DNA of 15,689 nucleotides, taken from IMG/VR virus record IMGVR_UViG_3300029009_000076. The stretch is one strand, 5' to 3'. Source of the stretch: a virus. Taxonomy: Duplodnaviria; Heunggongvirae; Uroviricota; Caudoviricetes. Shown piece by piece: positions 7,841 through 15,689 of the stretch. Position 1 is the first letter of the stretch; each line of letters begins with the position of its first letter. The translations under genes were made by a program, and so were the position numbers. The notes beneath the pieces were generated by a model. That model saw nothing but the letters and a program-made list of their open reading frames with translations. It was not told the origin of the DNA and did no database searches.

Positions 7841-9298
7841 ATGAATACATCTCATGTAAGAGTTGTTACTCATATGTGTGGGTTCCTGGTTTGGCTCTAT
7901 AGTCTTTCAATGTTGCCACCAATGGTTGTAGCATTGTTTTATAAAGAAAAAAGCCTATTCGTTTTCTTTATAACTTTCGTTATATTTTTTTGCATTGGTG
8001 GCGGAGCGTGGTATACAACTAAGAAATCTGGCATTCAATTACGTACCCGTGATGGGTTTATTATAATTGTAATGTTTTGGATTTTGTTTTCTGTTATTAG
8101 TGCATTCCCTTTATGGATTGACTCAGAACTTAATTTAACGTTCATTGATGCTCTGTTTGAAGGGGTTTCTGGAATAACAACAACAGGAGCAACTGTAATT
8201 GATGATGTTAGTTCATTACCTCGGGCATATTTGTACTATCGGTCACAGTTAAATTTTATAGGTGGTTTAGGAGTTATTGTTCTGGCGGTTGCTGTATTGC
8301 CATTATTGGGTATTGGTGGTGCAAAGCTTTATCAGTCAGAAATGCCGGGGCCATTTAAGGATGACAAACTCACTCCCCGCCTGGCCGATACGTCACGGAC
8401 ACTGTGGATAACTTATTCTTTATTAGGTATTGCTTGTATTGTCTGTTATAGACTTGCAGGAATGCCTTTGTTTGATGCTATTTGTCACGGGATTTCCACA
8501 GTTTCGCTTGGTGGTTTCTCAACTCATAGCGAGAGTATCGGATATTTTAATAACTATTTGGTTGAGCTGGTGGCTGGTTCTTTTTCCCTGCTATCGGCTT
8601 TCAACTTCACTCTTTGGTATATTGTTATTAGCAGGAAAACGATAAAACCTTTAATCAGAGATATTGAACTTCGTTTCTTTCTGTTAATAGCCTTAGGGGT
8701 GATCATTGTTACCTCTTTCCAGGTCTGGCATATAGGTATGTATGACTTGCATGGAAGTTTTATTCATTCGTTTTTTCTTGCCAGCTCCATGCTCACTGAT
8801 AATGGTTTAGCTACGCAGGATTATGCAAGCTGGCCCACGCACACGATAGTGTTTTTGCTGTCGTCAAGTTTCTTTGGGGGATGTATAGGTTCAACTTGTG
8901 GTGGAATTAAGTCACTTCGATTTCTTATACTTTTCAAACAAAGCAAACACGAGATAAATCAGCTTTCTCATCCCAGAGCGTTGTTGAGTGTAAATGTAGG
9001 AGGGAAGATAGTTACAGATCGTGTAATGAGGTCTGTATGGAGTTTCTTTTTTCTTTATACTCTCTTCACGGTGTTTTTTATACTGGTGTTAAATGGTATG
9101 GGATATGATTTTCTTACATCATTTGCAACAGTGGCTGCATGTATTAATAATATGGGATTAGGTTTTGGGGCTACTGCATCGTCATTCGGAGTGCTTAATG
9201 ACATTGCAAAATATTTAATGTGCATAGCTATGATTCTTGGTCGCCTTGAAATTTATCCTGTTATTATATTGTTTTCAGGTTTTTTTTGGCGCTCCTAA
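7841..9298 (+). CDS. trkG: Potassium uptake protein TrkG (TrkH/TrkG family), 485 aa; prophage moron
   Basis: MNTSHVRVVTHMCGFLVWLYSLSMLPP... is a polytopic membrane protein recognised as TrkG; gene and flanks are visibly AT-rich compared with neighbouring phage genes. The track's TTG start at 7823 is an alternative (see findings). Confidence 0.85.
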   Translation: MNTSHVRVVTHMCGFLVWLYSLSMLPPMVVALFYKEKSLFVFFITFVIFFCIGGGAWYTTKKSGIQLRTRDGFIIIVMFWILFSVISAFPLWIDSELNLTFIDALFEGVSGITTTGATVIDDVSSLPRAYLYYRSQLNFIGGLGVIVLAVAVLPLLGIGGAKLYQSEMPGPFKDDKLTPRLADTSRTLWITYSLLGIACIVCYRLAGMPLFDAICHGISTVSLGGFSTHSESIGYFNNYLVELVAGSFSLLSAFNFTLWYIVISRKTIKPLIRDIELRFFLLIALGVIIVTSFQVWHIGMYDLHGSFIHSFFLASSMLTDNGLATQDYASWPTHTIVFLLSSSFFGGCIGSTCGGIKSLRFLILFKQSKHEINQLSHPRALLSVNVGGKIVTDRVMRSVWSFFFLYTLFTVFFILVLNGMGYDFLTSFATVAACINNMGLGFGATASSFGVLNDIAKYLMCIAMILGRLEIYPVIILFSGFFWRS

Positions 9299-9384
9299 TA
9301 TATGGCTGATTTATAATTGTGAGTTTAATATTATATTGACTCACTCATTGATCCAATACCTAACTTTACCAGCAACACCTCCGC

Positions 9385-9420
9385 CCCCAGTAGCACTGGC
9401 TGCTGGGGTGCGTTTTATTC
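9385..9420 (+). terminator. Putative intrinsic terminator downstream of trkG
   Basis: 10-bp stem (9385-9394 / 9399-9408, one G-U pair) with 4-nt loop, followed by TGCGTTTTATTC. Confidence 0.45.
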
Positions 9421-9435
9421 ATAAAGCAAGGCTGT

Positions 9436-10224
9436 ATGAGCGAGAAATTAAAGATAGTCTATCGCCCATTACAAGAATTGTCACCGTATGCGCACAACGC
9501 CAGGACGCACAGTACTGAGCAGGTGGCACAACTGGTAGAAAGTATTAAGCAATTCGGCTGGACTAATCCGGTGCTGATTGACGAAAAGGGCGAAATTATT
9601 GCGGGTCACGGTCGTGTTATGGCGGCTGAAATGCTCAAAATGGATTCTGTTCCGGTCATTGTTCTGTCTGGCCTGACGGATGAGCAGAAAAAGGCGTACC
9701 GCCTGGCAGATAATCGCCTACCAATGAATGCTGGCTGGGATGAAGATCTGTTGCGGATGGAGCTGTCGGACCTAATCAATGCTGATTTTGATGTCTCCCT
9801 GACAGGCTTCGGCCCGACAGAAATTGATGAACTGTTGACGGATGTTTTGCCCGGTACAGGAAATAAGGAGGAGCCGTATACGACGAAAATTGATACGCCT
9901 GTTTATGAGCCGTCGGGCGGTAAACCGGATATCAGTGAACTGTACGACGATACGAAAACTCAGGAGCTGATCAGCCGGATACGTTCGGCGTCCCTTGATC
10001 CTGATATTGAGAAATTCCTCCTGTGTGCGGCAGAACGTCACACGGTGTTTAATTTCAGCAGAATTGCGGACTATTACGCTCATGCCCCCGCTGAAATTCA
10101 GTGCCTTTTCGAGGAGTCGGCGCTGGTGATCATTGATTATCAGCAGGCTATTGAAAATGGATTTGTCCGAATGACGCAGCGCATGGTGGCGATCATGCAT
10201 AGCGGGGAGGAGGAATATGCGTGA
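9436..10224 (+). CDS. ParB/Srx-like nuclease-domain protein, 262 aa (apparent full-length counterpart of the short K-12 Rac ynaK)
   Basis: N-terminal region IVYRPLQELSPYAHNARTHSTEQVAQLVESIKQFGWTNPVLIDEKGEIIAGHGRVMAAEMLKMDSVPVIVL has the ParB N-terminal domain pattern (GHGR in the position of the ParB arginine box); the C-terminal half is of unknown type; stop overlaps the next gene's start. Confidence 0.7.
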   Translation: MSEKLKIVYRPLQELSPYAHNARTHSTEQVAQLVESIKQFGWTNPVLIDEKGEIIAGHGRVMAAEMLKMDSVPVIVLSGLTDEQKKAYRLADNRLPMNAGWDEDLLRMELSDLINADFDVSLTGFGPTEIDELLTDVLPGTGNKEEPYTTKIDTPVYEPSGGKPDISELYDDTKTQELISRIRSASLDPDIEKFLLCAAERHTVFNFSRIADYYAHAPAEIQCLFEESALVIIDYQQAIENGFVRMTQRMVAIMHSGEEEYA

Positions 10225-11149
10225 TGATTTTTGCGCCTTTATTCTGACTCACGGGCGACCGGACAAAGTTCTGACTTACCGGACGTTGCGTCGTGCTGGC
10301 TATACCGGGAAAATTTTTATCGTTGTTGATGATGAAGATAAGACACGGCATCAGTACATGGCTGAATTTGGTGAACAGGTGCTGGTATTTTCCAAAGCCG
10401 ATATTGCCAGTCGTTTTGACGAAGCCGATAATTTTGGTGACCGCCGCTCAATTTTTTACGCCCGTAATGCCTGTTTCGACCTGGCAAAACTGGTCGGGTG
10501 TAAATACTTCATTCAGCTCGATGATGATTATCACGAGTTCCAGTTTCGGGTGGATCGCAACTATGACCAGGCCTATTTCCCGATAAGGAAACTGGATGCG
10601 ATCCTTTCTGAAATGCTGGCGTATTACGAATCAATACCCGCGCTTTCCATCGCTATGTCGCAGGGCGGGGATTTTCTTGGTGACAATGGCGGCCATGCTT
10701 CGTGGGTGAAACGCAAGGCAATGAACAGCTTTATCTGTTCGGTTGATCGACCGTTCTCATTCATGGGGCGCATTAACGAGGATGTGAATACGTACACGAA
10801 TCTCGGTCGCCGTGGTGAATTGTTTATGACGATCGGTGCTGTCCAGTTAGGGCAGAAACAGACGCAGAAAAACAGCGGCGGAATGACCGAGCTGTATCTG
10901 GATTCCGGGACCTACGTTAAAAGTTTTTATTCCGTCATGTATGCGCCGTCGTGCGTAAAAATCTCACTGATGGGCGCCAGCCATAAACGCATTCACCATC
11001 AGGTCACCTGGAACAACGCTGCAGTAAAAATCCTTCACGAAAAATACAGGAAGAAGACACCCTGCATATTAATGGGGGTGACAAATGATTCCGTATTCGA
11101 AAGTCGAGTCTCTGGCAGCGTGCCGGATGACTGCACAACAAATCGCTGA
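10217..11149 (+). CDS. Hypothetical protein, 310 aa, with GT-A-like glycosyltransferase motifs (tentative)
   Basis: Strong Shine-Dalgarno GGGGAGGAGG at 10204-10213; start ATGCGTGA overlaps the ParB-like stop. Motifs FCAFILTHGRPD ... GKIFIVVDDED ... KYFIQLDDDYHEF resemble the N-terminal strand, acidic strand and DxD motif of GT-A-fold nucleotide-sugar transferases. No methyltransferase or PP-loop motifs seen. Confidence 0.55.
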   Translation: MRDDFCAFILTHGRPDKVLTYRTLRRAGYTGKIFIVVDDEDKTRHQYMAEFGEQVLVFSKADIASRFDEADNFGDRRSIFYARNACFDLAKLVGCKYFIQLDDDYHEFQFRVDRNYDQAYFPIRKLDAILSEMLAYYESIPALSIAMSQGGDFLGDNGGHASWVKRKAMNSFICSVDRPFSFMGRINEDVNTYTNLGRRGELFMTIGAVQLGQKQTQKNSGGMTELYLDSGTYVKSFYSVMYAPSCVKISLMGASHKRIHHQVTWNNAAVKILHEKYRKKTPCILMGVTNDSVFESRVSGSVPDDCTTNR

Positions 11150-11336
11150 CGTTCTGGATGTTGATCTGAACCGACTGAAAGAAAATCGGGAAGCAATGAC
11201 AAATTTTTACGCGTCCATCCGTAAGGGCAGAGCGAAAGGTGAAGCCGAGCTACGGGCGGCATTGTTTAAGCTTGCCAGAAAAGGGGATGCCTTTGCCCTG
11301 CGCGAACTACTCAGGGTGGATAAAAATCAGGACTAA
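11085..11336 (+). CDS. Small helix-turn-helix-like protein, 83 aa (possibly DNA-packaging associated)
   Basis: GGGGGTG Shine-Dalgarno before ATG 11085; segment MTAQQIADVLDVDLNRLKENR looks like an HTH; overlaps the 3' end of the upstream gene; lies directly upstream of the terminase genes. Confidence 0.45.
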   Translation: MIPYSKVESLAACRMTAQQIADVLDVDLNRLKENREAMTNFYASIRKGRAKGEAELRAALFKLARKGDAFALRELLRVDKNQD

Positions 11337-11470
11337 CTGATGAGCAGACCGGACTGGGGGGCGTTGCAGCAGGAGTATATTGCTGAATACACCCGCTCCG
11401 GTATATCTCCGGTGGCATGGTGTGAAGCAATCAGTACCAGAAACGCTATACCGCAGACCTGGATTTACTG

Positions 11471-12049
11471 GTGAGTCAGTTGATGGCCATTGTCCAGGCC
11501 GACCCCAATCAGTTGGCACAATTTCGCCGTGTTAACTGCCGTTATTGCTGGGGCGAGAATCATCACTACCAGTGGCGCGATATAGCAGAATTCGATAAGG
11601 CAGCGGCGCAGGCCTCCAGAGATGGCAAACCCGAGCCGGAATATGGTGGCCTTGGCTTTGTTGATAACGCCATACCCAATCCGGACTGCCCGAAGTGCTG
11701 CGGTGAGGGAACGGGGCAGCTTTATATGGCTGATACCACTCTGCTTGATGGGGAAGCGCGGCAATTATATGCAGGGGCAAAGCTCGGAAAATTTGGTGTT
11801 GAGATCCTGCTGGAGGATAAGGCTGCCGCCCGGCGTGAATTGTTGCGTTTGCTTGCTGCTGGTGGGGCTTTATGTGCAGATAAGCGGCTACAGGAACTGG
11901 AAATTGAACGGCGCAGAATGGAAAACCAGAAGCTGCGCAAAGAGATCGAAACGGTGGAAGATAATGAACATCCCCAACCTGTGGCGATCAATATTAATGT
12001 GGTTGATGCCAGAGTAAGGAGTGATGAAGATGATCTCTCCGACGCTTAA
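11471..12049 (+). CDS. Putative terminase small subunit, 192 aa as given in the ORF track (possibly the 3' part of a frame-disrupted gene)
   Basis: Position immediately upstream of, and overlapping, the terminase large subunit; Cys4 cluster (CRYC ... CPKCC) and charged coiled-coil-like C-terminus (LQELEIERRRMENQKLRKEIE). The only start is GTG; the frame is open from 11426 and a 44-aa ATG ORF (11340-11474) overlaps in another frame. Confidence 0.5.
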   Translation: MSQLMAIVQADPNQLAQFRRVNCRYCWGENHHYQWRDIAEFDKAAAQASRDGKPEPEYGGLGFVDNAIPNPDCPKCCGEGTGQLYMADTTLLDGEARQLYAGAKLGKFGVEILLEDKAAARRELLRLLAAGGALCADKRLQELEIERRRMENQKLRKEIETVEDNEHPQPVAININVVDARVRSDEDDLSDA

Positions 12050-13049
12050 TGTGCCTCAGGCGCGATTTCTTTCAATGCCCCATAAATTTAAAGCCTATAT
12101 TGCTGGTTTTGGCTCGGGCAAAACATGGGTTGGGTGTGGCGGCATATGCAAGGGGATTTGGGAGCATCCAGGTATAAATCAGGGATATTTTGCGCCAACG
12201 TATCCCCAAATTCGCGATATTTTTTACCCTACAGTGGAAGAAGTTGCTGCTGACTGGGGATTGAACGTAAAAATTAATGAGGGAAATAAAGAGGTTCACT
12301 TTTATTACGGACGCCAGTATCGGGGAACCACTATCTGCAGATCGATGGAGAAGCCACAAACGATCGTCGGTTTCAAAATTGGTAATGCGTTGGTGGATGA
12401 ACTGGACATTTTGCCGAAGGAAAAAGCCAGAACGGCGTGGCGCAAGATAATTGCGCGTATGCGTTATAAGATTGATGGACTTCGCAACGGTATTGACGTT
12501 ACAACCACGCCGGAAGGATTCAAATTTGTCTACGAGCAGTTTGTTAAAGCCGTGCGTGAAAAAACAGAGCTGGCCTCACTGTATGGTCTGGTGCAGGCAT
12601 CTACTTTCGATAATGAAAAGAACCTGCCAGCAGATTACATTCCTTCGCTTCTTGAATCATACCCTCCAGAGCTGATTAAAGCCTATCTGCGAGGACAGTT
12701 TACTAACCTGACAAGTGGTACTGTTTACCATCAGTTTGACCGGAAACTGAATAATTGCGAAGAAGTGGAGCAGCCAGGGGAGCCGATTTATATTGGGATG
12801 GATTTTAACGTTGGAAAGATGGCGGGAATCGTCCATGTGCTGCGTTTGGGGCTTCCATGTGCGGTAACTGAAATCATCAATGCCTACGATACGCCGGATA
12901 TGATCCGCATCATTAAAGAACGCTTCTGGCCGTATGACGGGCATGATTACCGGAAAGTGAGGGAGATTTATATTTATCCAGATGCTTCCGGAGATTCCAG
13001 AAAATCAAGTAACGCAAGTACGACGGATATACCCGGATCGCAACAGTAA
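12030..13049 (+). pseudogene. Terminase large subunit, ATPase domain only; truncated at the start of the nuclease domain
   Basis: Walker A AGFGSGKT and Walker B-like ALVDELDIL; AAGGAG Shine-Dalgarno at 12016-12021; the ORF ends after IYIGMDFNVGK... at about 340 aa, whereas full-length large terminases have a C-terminal nuclease domain beyond this point. Confidence 0.7.
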
Positions 13050-13741
13050 GCGGTAATACATCCCTTATAACAGCCAAAGCTGAACAACAGGGCGAGTGGA
13101 CCTACTATGAGGCCACTTATACAGCTAATACGGACATTGATACCGTTAACTGTGCTTTTTATATGACAAATAAAATAAGTAATGAGCCATTCTATGATGA
13201 CTCAACATTAACCATGACGACGCCGCAAATTGAACTGGGCAATACGGCATCGTCATTTATTGTAACTACAATGCCAACAACACGCGCAAGTGATGTGGTT
13301 ACTATCCCCTCGGCGAATAACCTGTCAACACGGCCTTTTACAGTATTGTGCGAAGTAAGGAGGAACTGGAGTACACCGCCCAATGTTGCGCCAAGGATAT
13401 TTGATGTTGGAGGGCACAGTATTGATGATAATTATTTATCGCTGGGGTTTGTTTCAACAGGAAAGATAAGCGCCAACGTAGGAATGGTTCAGCCACAAAT
13501 TTCCTCAGATGGAGAAAGGTTCATTGTGGGTGTGAGAGCTAAATCTGATTTATCAGTAAATGCAATATGCAATGGTAATTATACAACAAACCTTAATGGT
13601 AAAATATTTGGAGTTACAGCAACATCGTACCGGTTTGGTGGGCAGACCGCAGCAGGAACGCGTCATTTGTTTGGACACATCAGAAATTTCAGAGTCTGGT
13701 TTAAAGAATTAAATGACAGGCAAATCAAGGAGGCAGTATGA
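13013..13741 (+). pseudogene. Phage tail / tail-fibre protein, 3' fragment
   Basis: Frame is open from 13013 with no plausible start (the track's ATG at 13163 is internal); Thr/Ser/Asn/Gly-rich beta-type sequence ...TYYEATYTANTDIDTVN ... GKIFGVTATSYRFGGQTAAGTRHLFGHIRNFRVWF...; position corresponds to the Rac tail-protein remnant. Family assignment is weak. Confidence 0.45.
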
Positions 13742-14016
13742 AAGATTTAACTTTGAAATTTCCTGGTAACAGAGAGTTTAAATCCTTCCTGTCATCTCTT
13801 GACTGGGAGGAAGATGAAGACCTCCAGAATAAACTGTTAGTCGATGAAATTGGTTTCACCTACACAGAAACAGGGGTAACTGAAGAGGGAGAACCTGTCT
13901 GTATCCGGAATAACGGTTATTTTGTCAACATTCGCATTCTTGATGACTTGTTTGATGTTTCTGTATTCTCTGATTATGTCGTGGAGCTGGAAACACCGCT
14001 TCGGGAATGGAGCTGA
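13738..14016 (+). CDS. Hypothetical acidic protein, 92 aa
   Basis: AAGGAGG Shine-Dalgarno at 13727-13733; ATGA overlap with the end of the tail-fragment frame; no recognisable motif. Confidence 0.5.
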   Translation: MKDLTLKFPGNREFKSFLSSLDWEEDEDLQNKLLVDEIGFTYTETGVTEEGEPVCIRNNGYFVNIRILDDLFDVSVFSDYVVELETPLREWS

Positions 14017-14028
14017 AAGGAGGAAATA

Positions 14029-14322
14029 ATGGATATAAGCCCCTTACTTCATGCACTTTGTGCTGTGGCTGCGCAGATACTGGTTGGTCTTTTTACCGGA
14101 AACTGGGCTTACGGAGCGATAGCCGGTTGTACGTTCTTCATTGCGCGTGAACATACCCAGGCAGAATATCGCTGGATTGAAATGTTCGGGCATGGCAAGC
14201 GAATGAATATGCCGTGGTGGGGCGGTTTTGATCCGCGCGCGTGGGATGTGGCAAGCCTGATGGATTTTGCTGTGCCGGTGGTGGCGTGTCTGCTGGTCTG
14301 GCTGTTGGTTAATCGTGGGTGA
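14029..14322 (+). CDS. Hypothetical small membrane protein, 97 aa, two or three predicted transmembrane segments
   Basis: Near-consensus Shine-Dalgarno AAAGGAGG at 14016-14023; hydrophobic stretches [34 protein letters not shown] and [18 protein letters not shown] with a Trp/Arg-rich loop between. Confidence 0.6.
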   Translation: MDISPLLHALCAVAAQILVGLFTGNWAYGAIAGCTFFIAREHTQAEYRWIEMFGHGKRMNMPWWGGFDPRAWDVASLMDFAVPVVACLLVWLLVNRG

Positions 14323-14329
14323 AAAAAGG

Positions 14330-14452
14330 TGGGCTGTATATGCAACGGAGGAAGAAACCTCGTTGCTGGAAGCATGGAAAAAGTATCGGGTATTGCTGAA
14401 CCGTGTTGATACGTCAACTGCACAGGATATTGAATGGCCAGCACTGCCGTAG
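14330..14452 (+). pseudogene. Tail fibre assembly protein (Tfa), 3' remnant of about 40 codons
   Basis: ...[39 protein letters not shown] matches the conserved C-terminus of lambdoid Tfa proteins as I recall it; no N-terminal part or start codon; begins immediately after the membrane-protein stop. Confidence 0.6.
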
Positions 14453-14548
14453 GGTAAAACATATAAATTCTATAATTAGATGTATCTTTCCATTTACGGC
14501 AAGGAAGGGGGCTTGGAAGACGTAAAGCATCTCACACCGAGATTATTT

Positions 14549-15139
14549 TTATATGTCAGGTGTCTGAAGTTTTGCTTTGGCTCTTAAAATGGTTTGCCGC
14601 GAGGTTTTGAATTCCCGGGCAATGGCACTTATACTTACACCTGACTTAATTCGTTCGAATACCACCTGTTTCTGTTCTTCATTTAACACAGGTGGTCGAC
14701 CAAAACGTTTCCCTGCGCCGCGGGCTCTTACTATCCCGGAATGAGTGCGTTCAAGTAAAAGGTCTCGTTCAAATTCAGCGACTGCTGAAATTACTTGCAT
14801 CATCATTTTTCCTGTTGGACTGGTCAGGTCAATGCCCCCCAATGCTAAGCAATGCACTCTGATACCTGTTTCGGTCAGTTGTTCCACTGTTTTCCTGATA
14901 TCCATTGCATTACAACCAAGGCGATCCAATTTTGTCACAATCAATTGATCACCACATTTCAGGCGAGCAAGCAACCGGTTAAAACCAGGACGCTCACTGG
15001 TTGCTGCTGAGCCACTAATGTGTTCTTCGATTATTTGCTGAGGTTTGATTTTAAAACCTGCACTTTCGATTTCCCGGCGTTGATTTTCGGTGGTCTGATC
15101 CAGCGTTGATATCCGACAGTAAGCAAAAATTTGAGACAT
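14549..15139 (-). CDS. pinR: Serine recombinase / DNA invertase Pin, 196 aa
   Basis: [29 protein letters not shown]... with catalytic Ser in the YCRIST motif and a C-terminal HTH; recognised as PinR. Confidence 0.9.
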   Translation of the reverse strand: MSQIFAYCRISTLDQTTENQRREIESAGFKIKPQQIIEEHISGSAATSERPGFNRLLARLKCGDQLIVTKLDRLGCNAMDIRKTVEQLTETGIRVHCLALGGIDLTSPTGKMMMQVISAVAEFERDLLLERTHSGIVRARGAGKRFGRPPVLNEEQKQVVFERIKSGVSISAIAREFKTSRQTILRAKAKLQTPDI

Positions 15140-15455
15140 AGTGAGACTCTATACGAAATTGGTGTTCATATCATAATGCATCTCAGAAAATAATTATGAT
15201 TATTTTTGTGCATATTTGTATGTACACGTTCGAAAATAAACGAATGCGTATGCAACCCCGTAATTTTGGTGAGACCCAAAATCGATTTTGTGAAAAATGG
15301 CTTTAACTCGGTTTGTTTTTCGAGTTCCGGGCGGACTCAAGGAAGAAGAATAGTGTTGCGTGTTATTTTAACCAGATTTCAAGTTGTTTGGTCGTGGAAA
15401 AGTGGAGCAAAATGTTGTTAAAGTGGAAAAATGATAAAAAAGTAAGTTTATTATA

Positions 15456-15689
15456 TTACATTTTACCATTTAAATTTTGGTTGTCTTTAAGAACTGATAT
15501 CGCTGTTTGTAATAATTCTTTGTTATCCAGCCATGATTTTTTCTTTATGTTTCCTTCAATGTAATCAAGCAATGTTCTGGTATTGATAGGTCTTCCCTGT
15601 TTTGCTACTTCCACTACAGCATCCCCTAGGATAATTCTTACTTCAGGAAGCTGCGCAGGGAACCACTTTAGGGTGTCTTTTGATTTCAT
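15456..15689 (-). CDS. ynaE: YnaE/YdfK-family small prophage protein, 77 aa; start codon at the window edge
   Basis: MKSKDTLKWFPAQLPEVRIILGDAVVEVAKQGRPINTRTLLDYIEGNIKK... recognised as YnaE/YdfK-like; ATG at 15689-15687. Confidence 0.65.
   Translation of the reverse strand: MKSKDTLKWFPAQLPEVRIILGDAVVEVAKQGRPINTRTLLDYIEGNIKKKSWLDNKELLQTAISVLKDNQNLNGKM

Larger units (their letters stand above)
1..15689. mobile_element. Rac-like defective lambdoid prophage, internally deleted (integrase side to ynaE)
   Basis: Gene content and order int-xis-ydaC-ralR-recT-recE-racC-ydaE-kilR-sieB-ydaF-ydaG ... Rz/Rz1-trkG ... terminase-tail-pinR-ynaE matches E. coli K-12 Rac as I recall it; attachment sites lie outside the window. 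Confidence 0.85.

Noticed and set aside
8430-8645. 71-aa plus-strand ORF inside trkG
   Set aside because: Out-of-frame internal ORF within a recognised membrane transporter gene.
9772-10200. 142-aa minus-strand ORF
   Set aside because: Antisense to the ParB-like gene, which has clear domain motifs.
11465-11991. Minus-strand ORFs (99, 82 and 89 aa) and a plus-strand 131-aa ORF over the terminase small subunit region
   Set aside because: Overlap the better-supported small-terminase frame; Arg/Ser/Pro-rich translations typical of alternative frames in GC-rich coding sequence.
14349-14375. Sequence GAAGAAACCTCGTTGCTGGAAGC with partial resemblance to Gin/Hin-type crossover sites (AAACC core)
   Set aside because: Only one half-site resembles the consensus, the other arm does not, and no inverted partner site was found; not reported as a recombination site.
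1-15689. CRISPR arrays, tRNA or rRNA genes, IS elements
   Set aside because: No regularly spaced direct repeats, no tRNA-like cloverleaf candidates and no transposase-like ORFs were seen on reading the sequence and ORF track.

Overview
This window is a Rac-type cryptic lambdoid prophage of an Escherichia/Shigella-like genome, running from the 5' part of the integrase gene (left edge, minus strand) to ynaE (right edge). Gene names are recognised from memory of E. coli K-12 Rac proteins, not from a database search. Left half, minus strand: intR (partial), xisR/ydaQ, ydaC, ralR, recT, recE, racC, ydaE, kilR; then sieB (+), ydaF and ydaG (-). Directly after ydaG the sequence jumps into the middle of a lysozyme-type endolysin gene, followed by intact Rz/Rz1 spanins, so the immunity, replication, Q and holin region appears deleted. 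Next come the AT-rich trkG moron, a translationally coupled pair (ParB-like nuclease-domain protein plus a 310-aa protein with glycosyltransferase-like motifs), a small HTH protein, a terminase small subunit apparently split across two frames, and a terminase large subunit truncated after its ATPase domain and fused to a tail-protein 3' fragment. Two small genes with strong ribosome-binding sites (an acidic 92-aa protein and a 97-aa membrane protein) sit between that tail fragment and a tail-fibre-assembly 3' remnant, next to pinR. The best candidates for an undescribed module are the ParB-like/glycosyltransferase-like pair and the small membrane-protein cargo at the tail-fibre/Pin locus; both are inferences from motifs and context. 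No CRISPR array, tRNA, rRNA or IS element was seen.
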